64,000 bases of DNA, taken from NCBI GenBank assembly GCA_044070495.1, contig JBIPSI010000014.1:32001-96000 (forward strand). The letters are read 5' to 3'. The notes below the pieces were generated by a model. That model worked only from the letters and a program-made list of their open reading frames with translations, had not been told where the DNA came from and ran no database searches. This DNA comes from Spirulina sp. (GTDB lineage Bacteria; Cyanobacteriota; Cyanobacteriia; Phormidesmidales; Phormidesmidaceae). The position numbers and the translations under genes are program-made. Shown here piece by piece: positions 29,018 through 37,662 of the stretch (the stretch's first letter is position 1; each line of letters starts with the position of its first letter).

Positions 29018-29332
29018 ATGAGTGCCGTCAAAAAAACCTACATCCTTAAGCTCTACGTGGCGGGTAACACCCCCAACTCCATTCGAGCGCTTAAAACCCT
29101 CAACAACATCCTGGAAGAGGAATTCCAGGGGGTTTACGCGCTCAAGGTCATTGACGTACTGAAGAATCCCCAACTGGCCGAGGAAGACAAAATTCTGGCC
29201 ACCCCCACCCTCTCCAAAATTTTGCCGCCCCCGGTGCGGAAAATCATCGGCGACCTATCGGATCGAGAGCGGGTCTTAATTGGCCTCGATCTGCTCTATG
29301 ACGAACTCCGGGAGGACGATATGTATAGCTAG
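29018..29332 (+). CDS. kaiB: Circadian clock protein KaiB
   Basis: [15 protein letters not shown]...[25 protein letters not shown]. Confidence 0.99.
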   Translation: MSAVKKTYILKLYVAGNTPNSIRALKTLNNILEEEFQGVYALKVIDVLKNPQLAEEDKILATPTLSKILPPPVRKIIGDLSDRERVLIGLDLLYDELREDDMYS

Positions 29333-29415
29333 TCAGATCACGGTATGCTAAATGCTCGGTAACCACGTTTGTTTGCGTCCCTTTTGCTGCCCTATGACCG
29401 CCGTAAGCCATTCCC

Positions 29416-30981
29416 ATGACTGACACCGCTCAACCTGATTTGCCCTCCTCCACCCTGCCCTTGGGGGTGCGCAAAACCCGCACCATGATCGAAGGCTTTG
29501 ACGACATCAGCCATGGTGGTCTGCCGATGGGGCGGTCTACCCTGGTCAGCGGTACCTCTGGGACAGGGAAAACGCTGTTTGCGGTGCAGTTCATCTACAA
29601 CGGCATCACCTATTTTGACGAACCAGGGGTGTTTGTCACCTTCGAGGAATCGCCAGAAGACATCGTCCAAAACGCCTACAGCTTTGGCTGGGATTTACAA
29701 AGGCTGGTCAACGACGGCAAGCTGTTTATTTTGGATGCTTCCCCCGACCCAGAGGGGCAGGATGTGGTAGGCAACTTTGACCTCTCAGCCCTGATTGAGC
29801 GGATTCAGTACGCCATCCGCAAATACAAGGCCAAGCGCGTCTCCATCGACTCGGTCACGGCGGTGTTTCAGCAGTACGATGCGGCCTCCGTGGTGCGGCG
29901 GGAGATTTTCCGCTTAGTGGCCCGACTCAAACTGATGGGCGTCACCACGGTGATGACCACCGAGCGTCTAGATGAGTACGGCCCCGTGGCCCGCTTTGGC
30001 GTAGAAGAATTCGTGTCGGATAACGTGGTGATCGTCCGCAACGCCCTGGAAGGGGAACGCCGCCGCCGCACCATGGAAATCCTCAAGCTGCGCGGCACCA
30101 CCCACATGAAGGGCGAGTATCCCTTCACCATCACCAACGACGGTATTAATATTTTCCCCCTAGGAGCGATGCGATTGACCCAGCGATCCTCCAATGCGCG
30201 GGTATCCTCCGGTGTGCCCACCCTCGACGAAATGTGCGGCGGCGGCTTTTTCAAGGATTCCATCATTCTGGCCACCGGGGCCACGGGTACGGGCAAAACC
30301 CTCTTGGTCAGCAAGTTTTTAGTGGATGGCTGCAAGGCCGGGGAACGGGCGATCCTGTTTGCCTACGAAGAATCCCGCGCCCAGTTGTCCCGCAACGCCT
30401 ACTCCTGGGGCATCGATTTTGAAGCCATGGAGCAGCAGGGCTTGCTGAAAATCATCTGCGCCTACCCCGAATCCGCTGGCCTGGAAGATCACCTGCAAAT
30501 CATCAAAACCGAGATTTCCCAGTTCAAACCCGCCCGCATGGCCATTGACTCCCTCTCGGCCCTGGATCGCGGCGTCAGCAACAACTCCTTCCGGCAGTTT
30601 GTCATTGGCGTAACGGGCTTTGCCAAGCAAGAAGAAATCACCGGATTCTTCACCAACACCACCGAGCAGTTCATGGGGCTGCACTCCATCACCGAGTCCC
30701 ACATTTCCACCATCACCGACACGATTTTGATGCTGCAATACGTGGAGGTGCGCGGCGAAATGTCTCGCGCCATCAACGTCTTCAAAATGCGCGGTTCCTG
30801 GCACGACAAGGGGATTCGGGAATACACCATCAGCAGCCATGGCCCCGATATTAAAGATTCCTTCCGCAACCTGGAGCGGATCATCAGCGGTTCCCCCACC
30901 CGCATTGCCGTGGACGAAAAGAGCGAACTGTCCCGCATTGTCCAGGGCGTGCAGAGCGATCTGGGCAATCTGGGCGAATAG
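29416..30981 (+). CDS. kaiC: Circadian clock protein KaiC
   Basis: Two RecA-like domains (GTSGTGKT, GATGTGKT), HISTITDTI phosphorylation sites. Confidence 0.99.
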   Translation: MTDTAQPDLPSSTLPLGVRKTRTMIEGFDDISHGGLPMGRSTLVSGTSGTGKTLFAVQFIYNGITYFDEPGVFVTFEESPEDIVQNAYSFGWDLQRLVNDGKLFILDASPDPEGQDVVGNFDLSALIERIQYAIRKYKAKRVSIDSVTAVFQQYDAASVVRREIFRLVARLKLMGVTTVMTTERLDEYGPVARFGVEEFVSDNVVIVRNALEGERRRRTMEILKLRGTTHMKGEYPFTITNDGINIFPLGAMRLTQRSSNARVSSGVPTLDEMCGGGFFKDSIILATGATGTGKTLLVSKFLVDGCKAGERAILFAYEESRAQLSRNAYSWGIDFEAMEQQGLLKIICAYPESAGLEDHLQIIKTEISQFKPARMAIDSLSALDRGVSNNSFRQFVIGVTGFAKQEEITGFFTNTTEQFMGLHSITESHISTITDTILMLQYVEVRGEMSRAINVFKMRGSWHDKGIREYTISSHGPDIKDSFRNLERIISGSPTRIAVDEKSELSRIVQGVQSDLGNLGE

Positions 30982-31045
30982 GTTAAAATGAGCGACCTAA
31001 CCAGGGTAGAGAATCGCGGCTCTGCCCTAGCGTAATCTGTTCTCA

Positions 31046-34000
31046 ATGCCTGTGACTGCATTTTCTCCTTCCCCCACTTCTTCGTCCAACCCTGGCACCC
31101 CGGCTCCGCTGCCACGGCAGCGGTGGCACATTCCTACCCCCAATGGGGCACTGGTGGAGGACTTGGCGGCGGCCACGGAGCTATCGCCGTTGATGGCCCA
31201 GGTGTTGGTGCAGCGGGGGATTTTGGTGCCAGAACAGGCGGCAGATTTTCTGAACCCAGAGCGGCTGCAACTGCCCTCGCCCCTGCTGGAATTTGAAGAC
31301 TTGGCCCCCAGCCTGGAATTACTGACTGAGGCGATTCAATCGGGGCAGCGCATCACCATCTGCGGCGACTACGATGCCGATGGCATGACCAGTACGGCCC
31401 TGCTGCTGCGGGCCTTACGCACCCTGGGGGCCAAGGTCAACTACACCATCCCCAGCCGCATGAACGAGGGCTATGGCATCAACCAGCGCATCGTGGAAGA
31501 CTGCCATGCCGAAGGGGTAAGCCTGATTTTGACGGTGGATAACGGTATTGCCGCCGTGGCCCCGATCCAGCGGGCGCGGGAACTGGGGCTGACGGTGATT
31601 GTCACTGACCACCACGACCTGCCGCCCACCTTGCCCCCCGCCCACGCGATTTTGAACCCCAAGCTGCTGCCCGAAACCTCTCCCTACCGGGGCGTAGCCG
31701 GGGTGGGCGTGGCCTATATTTTGGCGGTGTGCCTAGCCCAATCCCTCAACCAAGCCCAGGCACTCACAGGGTCGCTGCTGGAACTGTTCACCCTGGGCAC
31801 CATTGCCGACCTCGCCCCGCTAACCGGGGTCAACCGTCGCTGGGTGCGGCGGGGGCTGGGGTTACTGCCCCGATCCCAGATCTTCGGTATCCAAGCCCTC
31901 ATTCAAGTGGCGGGGCTGGCGGATCAAAGCAAGGCTCTCAAACCCGAACACATTGGCTTTCGCCTAGGGCCGCGCATTAATGCCGTGGGTCGCCTCAGCG
32001 ATCCCCAAATTGTGATTGACCTGCTGACCACCGACGACCTGGGCACCGCCCTAGAGCGGGCCATGCAGTGCGAGCAAATTAACGCTACCCGTCAGGAATT
32101 GTGCCAGCAGATTGAGCAGGAAGCCGTGGCCTGGTGCGAGCAGCAGCAGGCGGCGGGAAATTTGAACCTACTGCGGGATCGGGTGCTGGTGGTGGTGCGG
32201 CCCCAGTGGCACCACGGCGTAATTGGCATTGTGGCCTCGCGGCTAGTGGAGCGCTACGGCGTGCCCGTCTTCATCGGTACCTACGAGGACGAGGACGGTG
32301 CGGTGATTCGCGGATCGGCACGGGGCATTCCAGAATTTGACGTATTTGAAGCCCTACAAAGCTGCCGCGACTTGATGGAAAAGTTTGGCGGCCACCATGC
32401 AGCGGGGGGCTTTTCCTTCCGGGCCGACCACCTCCCGGCCATTCAAACCCGCCTCTCCCACTATGCCTGCCAGGTGTTGACCCCCGACTTGCTGAAGCCG
32501 CTGATTTCCGTCGATGCCCAGGCCAACCTCAGCGACATCACCTACGCCCTCTACGAACAAATCGACCACCTCCACCCCTGCGGCATCGAAAACCCAGAAC
32601 CCGTCTTTTGGACGCCCCAGGTGCAGGTCGTCGAACAGCAGATCGTAGGCCGCAACCGAGAACACCTCAAACTCATCCTGCGCCAGGGCGACACCACCAT
32701 CAAAGCCATCGCTTGGCGCTGGGGAGACTATTTCCCGCTGCCGGATCGGGTGGATTTGGCCTATCGGCTCAAGCAAAACGAATGGCAAGGCGTGACCACC
32801 GTAGAACTAGAACTCGTGGGTGTCCGACAAGAAGCACTCCCCCAGCAAGCCGTTTCACCAACGATAGAACCCCCCGTGAGATCAGCCCCCCCATCCGTCA
32901 CCCCCACACCTGCCACTTCCACACCTGCCACCCCCACACCTGCACCTGCCACCCCCACACCCGCTACCACAAAACCCAAAGTCTCAGAATCCGCCCCATC
33001 GCCCCCCGCCCTTTCCTTAAACCCCAGCGTCCCAGCCGTGCCCTTTCGCTGTGGCCAGCGGGACTACTGGATTAGCCCCACCGAGGATCCGCAGCACCTG
33101 GCCATCACCAACGCCGAGGGCCACACCCTACAGATCAACCTAGCCACCCAGCAGGGTTCTCTCCTGGTGCCAGGACAGACGACCCAGGCCATTAACTTGG
33201 CATCTCCGGGCTATGCCACCCTGATTCAAGCGGGTGTGCAGGCCCTAGAGCAGTGGCGGCTGAGCCAGGATCTTCAGACCCAATCAACGGCCCTCGCCGC
33301 CAAGGATCAGCACATTCAAACCCAGGCGGAACAACTGGCGGAGCGCGACTGGCAAATCCAGGCCCAAGCTGCCCAGATCGCTGACTTAGAACGCCAGCTT
33401 CAAGCCCAAGCCACCCAACTGGCTGAACAAACCCAGCAAATCCAGGCCCTACAAACCCAGATTGCTCACCTCAAAGCCGCCCAAGCCCCTCAACCCCCGA
33501 TGCTTTTTGACCCTACAACACCAACCCTTGCAAATAGCCAGATTTCGGCGGCACCCCCCTCGGATACCAAGCCTTCAGTCCCCCAAAAAACACCCCAGAA
33601 GTCTCGAACAGCGAAGGATCCCGCCATCGAAACCCCCTCGCTGTTTGATCTGGCGTCCTTACCCCAGCCCTCGGATCCAGTGTCTGAACCTCCAACCCCA
33701 GCGACCTCGCCGAGTCCCAGAACCGCCCGCTGGCAGCAGCAGGTACGCACCGCCCTAGGCGATGGGGTGTGGTTTTGTCTAGCCAAGGCAACCCAGGAGG
33801 CATTGATCCTCACCTTTCAGCGGCAGGAGGAATTGGCTCTGCAAACGGCCGCTAATCGTACAGCGGACTATTCGGAGGTGGCCCTACCCCTGATAACGGC
33901 CCTGGAAACGGAAATTTGGTTGCCCCTCCTGACCGGACTCACCGATTACGGCCAGCACAGCCAAGATGCAGAGGTGATGCAACTGGCCCAAGCCCTCAGC

Positions 34001-34402
34001 CACCACGACCTAGGAATTCTGCCGGGGCTGGTGGCGGAATCCTGGAAAATTCTTTCAGACAAGACCCTGCAATCCTCCAGCAAACCGCGCCTGAGCCAAA
34101 AAACAATCCACGCCGAAACCTGGGGTGAAACCTGGCCCGTTGGCGATGATCCGCTTAACGACACCCATCGGGTGCTGCTCGACGAATTTTTGCAGGGCTG
34201 GGATCATCCCGTTTCCCGCTGGCTCACCACTCTGCCAGAGGAGGCCGCCACCGCCCTCGCCCAGGTCTATCAGCTTCACCAGATTGCCCTCGGCCCCGAT
34301 TCTCTGCTGCCCTGGCAATATCAACTGCTGCAACAGGGGGTGGTTGGCGAACGCCGCAAGGCTGGCATTCTTCCCCAAATTTTTGGCGAAGCAATCCTAT
34401 AG
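31046..34402 (+). CDS. recJ: Single-stranded-DNA exonuclease RecJ with long C-terminal extension
   Basis: GDYDADG, TVDNG, TDHH, GTIAD, GPRINAVGRL, HHGVIGIVAS, RGSARG, FGGHHAAGG; about 500 extra residues (P/T linker, coiled coil, globular tail). Confidence 0.95.
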   Translation: MPVTAFSPSPTSSSNPGTPAPLPRQRWHIPTPNGALVEDLAAATELSPLMAQVLVQRGILVPEQAADFLNPERLQLPSPLLEFEDLAPSLELLTEAIQSGQRITICGDYDADGMTSTALLLRALRTLGAKVNYTIPSRMNEGYGINQRIVEDCHAEGVSLILTVDNGIAAVAPIQRARELGLTVIVTDHHDLPPTLPPAHAILNPKLLPETSPYRGVAGVGVAYILAVCLAQSLNQAQALTGSLLELFTLGTIADLAPLTGVNRRWVRRGLGLLPRSQIFGIQALIQVAGLADQSKALKPEHIGFRLGPRINAVGRLSDPQIVIDLLTTDDLGTALERAMQCEQINATRQELCQQIEQEAVAWCEQQQAAGNLNLLRDRVLVVVRPQWHHGVIGIVASRLVERYGVPVFIGTYEDEDGAVIRGSARGIPEFDVFEALQSCRDLMEKFGGHHAAGGFSFRADHLPAIQTRLSHYACQVLTPDLLKPLISVDAQANLSDITYALYEQIDHLHPCGIENPEPVFWTPQVQVVEQQIVGRNREHLKLILRQGDTTIKAIAWRWGDYFPLPDRVDLAYRLKQNEWQGVTTVELELVGVRQEALPQQAVSPTIEPPVRSAPPSVTPTPATSTPATPTPAPATPTPATTKPKVSESAPSPPALSLNPSVPAVPFRCGQRDYWISPTEDPQHLAITNAEGHTLQINLATQQGSLLVPGQTTQAINLASPGYATLIQAGVQALEQWRLSQDLQTQSTALAAKDQHIQTQAEQLAERDWQIQAQAAQIADLERQLQAQATQLAEQTQQIQALQTQIAHLKAAQAPQPPMLFDPTTPTLANSQISAAPPSDTKPSVPQKTPQKSRTAKDPAIETPSLFDLASLPQPSDPVSEPPTPATSPSPRTARWQQQVRTALGDGVWFCLAKATQEALILTFQRQEELALQTAANRTADYSEVALPLITALETEIWLPLLTGLTDYGQHSQDAEVMQLAQALSHHDLGILPGLVAESWKILSDKTLQSSSKPRLSQKTIHAETWGETWPVGDDPLNDTHRVLLDEFLQGWDHPVSRWLTTLPEEAATALAQVYQLHQIALGPDSLLPWQYQLLQQGVVGERRKAGILPQIFGEAIL

Positions 34403-34437
34403 CGACGTATGGCCTGGTAGCCGGATTCGTCGCTGCC

Positions 34438-34521
34438 GTAGGTTGATTACAGCAACGCGGAACCCAACGCCACCGGGAATCTAGGGTCTGTTGGGTTCTG
34501 CTATCGCGCCACCCAACCTAC
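34438..34521. repeat. GTAG-type REP doublet
   Basis: GTAGGTTG...AACCCAAC and TGTTGGGTTCTGCTATCGCGCCACCCAACCTAC; between convergent recJ and hemC. Confidence 0.8.
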
Positions 34522-34574
34522 GAAAAATCAGGGCTTTGTGAGGTTGGGTCAACTCGCCAAGTTGGTAGTTTGCT

Positions 34575-35552
34575 TTAGGCTCGGTTGGCGGCGTTGATTT
34601 CGTCCAAAATGGCCTGGGCACCTTGGCTACGAAGCTGCTGGGCCAGTTGGGTACCCAGGTCTTCGGCGGTGTCGGTGGGGCCAGAGACAACATCTTTGAT
34701 CAGCCGCTGACCGTCTAGGCTAGCCACTAGCCCCGTCAGGGTGAGGCTGTCGCCCTCTAGGACGGTGTTCACCCCGATGGGCACCTGGCAGCCGCCCTCT
34801 AGCTCTCGCAGGAAGGCCCGTTCTGCCAAGCAGCGGGCGGTGGTGGGTGCGTGGGACAACACGCTCAGCAGGTTGAGAATGGCATCGTCTCCGGTGCGGC
34901 ATTCGATGCCCAGTGCCCCTTGGCCCACGGCATGGAGGGAAATCTCGGCAGACAGCATTTCGTGGATGCGGTCGTCCATATCCATGCGGTGCAGCCCCGC
35001 CGCCGCCAGAATAATGCCGTCATACTCGCCCTCATCCAGCTTGCGCAGACGGGTATTGAGGTTGCCGCGAATGTCCTTAAATGCCAGGTGGGGGTAGTGG
35101 TGGCGCAGTTGGGCCAACCGCCGCAGGGAGGAGGTGCCAATCACGGAACCTTCGGGCAGGGTGGACAGGGTTTTGTCCTTGTGGCGCTCGTGGATAACCA
35201 GGGCATCGGCGGGGTCTTCCCGCTCGGTAATGCAGCCCAACATCAGCCCCGCCGGTAAGCGGGTGGGCAAATCCTTGAGGGAATGCACCGCGAAGTCGCT
35301 ATCCCCCCGCAGCATGGAATCCTCTAGCTCCTGGGTAAACAGCCCCTTGTCGCCAATTTTGGAGAGGGACACATCCAGCACCTTATCGCCCTGGGTGTCC
35401 ATGGTCACCACCTCGAACTGGAGGTCGGGGAAGTGTCGCTGGAGCTCATCGCGAACCCAGTGGGTTTGAATCAGCGCCAACTGGCTCTTGCGCGACACGA
35501 TGCGGATGGTGCGAGGGGTGGCCGAAACAGTAGAGGAGGCGGGGGATGGCAT
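34575..35552 (-). CDS. hemC: Hydroxymethylbilane synthase (porphobilinogen deaminase)
   Basis: [46 protein letters not shown]. Confidence 0.98.
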   Translation of the reverse strand: MPSPASSTVSATPRTIRIVSRKSQLALIQTHWVRDELQRHFPDLQFEVVTMDTQGDKVLDVSLSKIGDKGLFTQELEDSMLRGDSDFAVHSLKDLPTRLPAGLMLGCITEREDPADALVIHERHKDKTLSTLPEGSVIGTSSLRRLAQLRHHYPHLAFKDIRGNLNTRLRKLDEGEYDGIILAAAGLHRMDMDDRIHEMLSAEISLHAVGQGALGIECRTGDDAILNLLSVLSHAPTTARCLAERAFLRELEGGCQVPIGVNTVLEGDSLTLTGLVASLDGQRLIKDVVSGPTDTAEDLGTQLAQQLRSQGAQAILDEINAANRA

Positions 35553-35882
35553 GGTCTGTAAACGAATATGACTAAGTATGACGAACGATCAGCAACCGTA
35601 ATGACAGAACGTCACAGAATCTTTAGGGTACATTACGTCGGTACCCCCATCGGTATGCCCTAGGGAGATGTTAAGCGGTTGTCACACTTGGGGCCTCGGC
35701 TCCCTAGTCCAGAACCGTAGGGCGCATCCGCGAAGCCATGCACCAACGCCATATATCCCCAGTTTCCATACTAATCCGCCTGGTTTACCCCAGGCATCGG
35801 CGAACGAGGAGACCCAGCCCCTACGGCTTTTCGGCCTAGGGATTGGGGTTTTCTGAGAATCTGCGGTCTCAGAATCTGCGGT

Positions 35883-36383
35883 CTACACTGGGCCAATTAA
35901 CCGCCGCACCGCACTACCCACGGCACGACGCATCTGCTGTTTCCGTCGCCAGCGCTGAAATTCCTTGGTGTAGCTGTACTCATTGGGTCGATAGATCCGC
36001 CACCAGTTCCACAGTAGCTTGAGTGACCAGGGGCCAAAGACGAGATAAAGAATCCAGTTCCAAATCCAGCCACCTGTGAAGAGTTCAAACAGGAGAACGA
36101 ATCCGCCAAAGATTAGGAACTGGGTCAAACTGTGCTGAAACCGTTGTTTCCGTTCGCGATCAAACTGGCGCTGGTCGGCAATTTCGTATTTCTTTACATC
36201 CCATTCCCGCTCGGCTTCGGCTAGGGTTTCGGCGGAAATGCCCAGTTCTTCGGCAATTTCCAAAAGCTGGGCGCGGGACAGCTCGCCAGAGTCAACTTGG
36301 CGGGCCATGGCAATGCTGAGAATTTGCTGGGCGTCCTCCGCCGGATAGCAAAATGCATTGTCTTGATTATTTGGATGTGTCAT
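35883..36383 (-). CDS. 2TM-domain membrane protein
   Basis: EDAQQILSIAMARQ...LSRAQLLEIAEELGIS...AEREW, two TM helices, FQRWRRK tail. Confidence 0.8.
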   Translation of the reverse strand: MTHPNNQDNAFCYPAEDAQQILSIAMARQVDSGELSRAQLLEIAEELGISAETLAEAEREWDVKKYEIADQRQFDRERKQRFQHSLTQFLIFGGFVLLFELFTGGWIWNWILYLVFGPWSLKLLWNWWRIYRPNEYSYTKEFQRWRRKQQMRRAVGSAVRRLIGPV

Positions 36384-36585
36384 ACCATTACCCCAGAACG
36401 GCCCGATTGCCACAACAACACCTATCCCCTTATAGACAAAATTTTGCCCATTGGGGGGAGAGATCGGGTACGGAAAACCCCGTACGGTAGGCGTCAACCC
36501 TGACAGGACGGGCGCTTAGCGCGTTGGAGCAGTCTGGGCCGTAGACGATACATCGTAATGCTTTGTAAGCCTTGGAGTGTGCATC

Positions 36586-36981
36586 ATGACCCAACTGGTT
36601 CAAGTTCGCCTAGACGACGGCACCGAAATTTACATGGAAGCCACCGAGGATGTGGTGGCCCCCACCCCTGGCGGCACCGATGCCTACAGCGACCCCTACG
36701 GCGAAACTACTCGCACCTCTAAGGGCTGGGGCGGCAGTGCCATGACCTCCTCCGCTGCCCAGGCAGCCCAGAGTTTTAAGGCCATTGAAAGCACCATTCG
36801 CACCTACACCAACTACACCATGAACGCCTTTCGCGACATGGCCTGCGCCAATGTGGAAAAGGTAACCCTAGAATTTGGCATTAAGGTGGGCGGCGAGGCT
36901 GGAGTTCCCTACGTCACCAAGGGCACCGCCGAGAGCAACCTAAAAATTACCGTGGAATGCTCCTTTGATGAGCGACCCTAG
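36586..36981 (+). CDS. Trypsin co-occurring domain 1 (Trypco1 / CU044_2847-like) protein
   Basis: LDDGTEIYMEA; VEKVTLEFGIKVGGEAGVPYVTKGTAESNLKITVEC; GGAG RBS. Confidence 0.8.
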   Translation: MTQLVQVRLDDGTEIYMEATEDVVAPTPGGTDAYSDPYGETTRTSKGWGGSAMTSSAAQAAQSFKAIESTIRTYTNYTMNAFRDMACANVEKVTLEFGIKVGGEAGVPYVTKGTAESNLKITVECSFDERP

Positions 36982-36994
36982 GCCTAGATAGCCA

Positions 36995-37044
36995 GCATCG
37001 TCTCGGCCCCAAGCCACACATCAACCCCCCAGCCGAGACGATGC
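36995..37044. terminator. 13-bp perfect inverted repeat between convergent Trypco1 and hicA
   Basis: GCATCGTCTCGGC ... GCCGAGACGATGC. Confidence 0.55.
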
Positions 37045-37057
37045 CATTGAGAGTTAT

Positions 37058-37303
37058 TTATTTCGGAAAGATTTGATTGGTTAAATCTTCTCGACTGATG
37101 TCAAAATGTTCTGCGATAGCTTTCAGGATGGCATTGAGTGTGCCAATCTTTATCGGGCTGTGGTTCGGCACGGTAATGTGATGTACCCCATTTTGTTGGG
37201 TGGTTAAGCGCAGATGGCTGCCCGTTTGGCGATCAACGGTGTAGCCTAGTGTTGCCAATGCTTTTGCCAACTGCTGCCCGGTCAAATCTCTGGGCAGTTT
37301 CAT
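37058..37303 (-). CDS. hicA: Type II toxin, HicA family
   Basis: LGYTVDRQTGSHLRL, HHITVPNH, IGTLNAIL; ATGA overlap with the upstream gene. Confidence 0.9.
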   Translation of the reverse strand: MKLPRDLTGQQLAKALATLGYTVDRQTGSHLRLTTQQNGVHHITVPNHSPIKIGTLNAILKAIAEHFDISREDLTNQIFPK

Positions 37304-37506
37304 GCCACGATAACCTCTTCTTGAACAATGTGGAGGCGAATTAACTTCGGTCGTTCGTCATCGTCAAAGTGGCATTGCACCGCATCGCGTACCATGGCGC
37401 GCAATGCTATTAAATCTTCTGCCTGGGTAAAGATGGGCTCGCCCATGGCTTGAGCGTGGTACCCTCCTTCGGGATCTTCTTCAACCAAAAAAATAATTTC
37501 AGTCAT
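37300..37506 (-). CDS. hicB: HicB-like antitoxin (short, no DNA-binding domain)
   Basis: EIIFLVEEDPEGGYHAQA...IFTQAE...MVRDAVQCHF; translationally coupled to hicA. Confidence 0.8.
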   Translation of the reverse strand: MTEIIFLVEEDPEGGYHAQAMGEPIFTQAEDLIALRAMVRDAVQCHFDDDERPKLIRLHIVQEEVIVA

Positions 37507-37662
37507 GGTTTGTGGATGCCTAACGTTAGGTAATTAGGTGGGGTGAAGCGGTGATTTTGATCAGTGTGCCAGAAACCAATGTTACGGCCAAGCCGGGTGT
37601 TGATAGCCACGGTGTTGGTCACCCTAAGGACAAAGTAATGCTCTGACGCTCTGCCCGACGTC

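Noticed and set aside
37503..37622. Short GTG-start ORF of about 39 codons ending in an ATGA overlap with hicB
   Set aside because: No recognisable motif or RBS; may be chance
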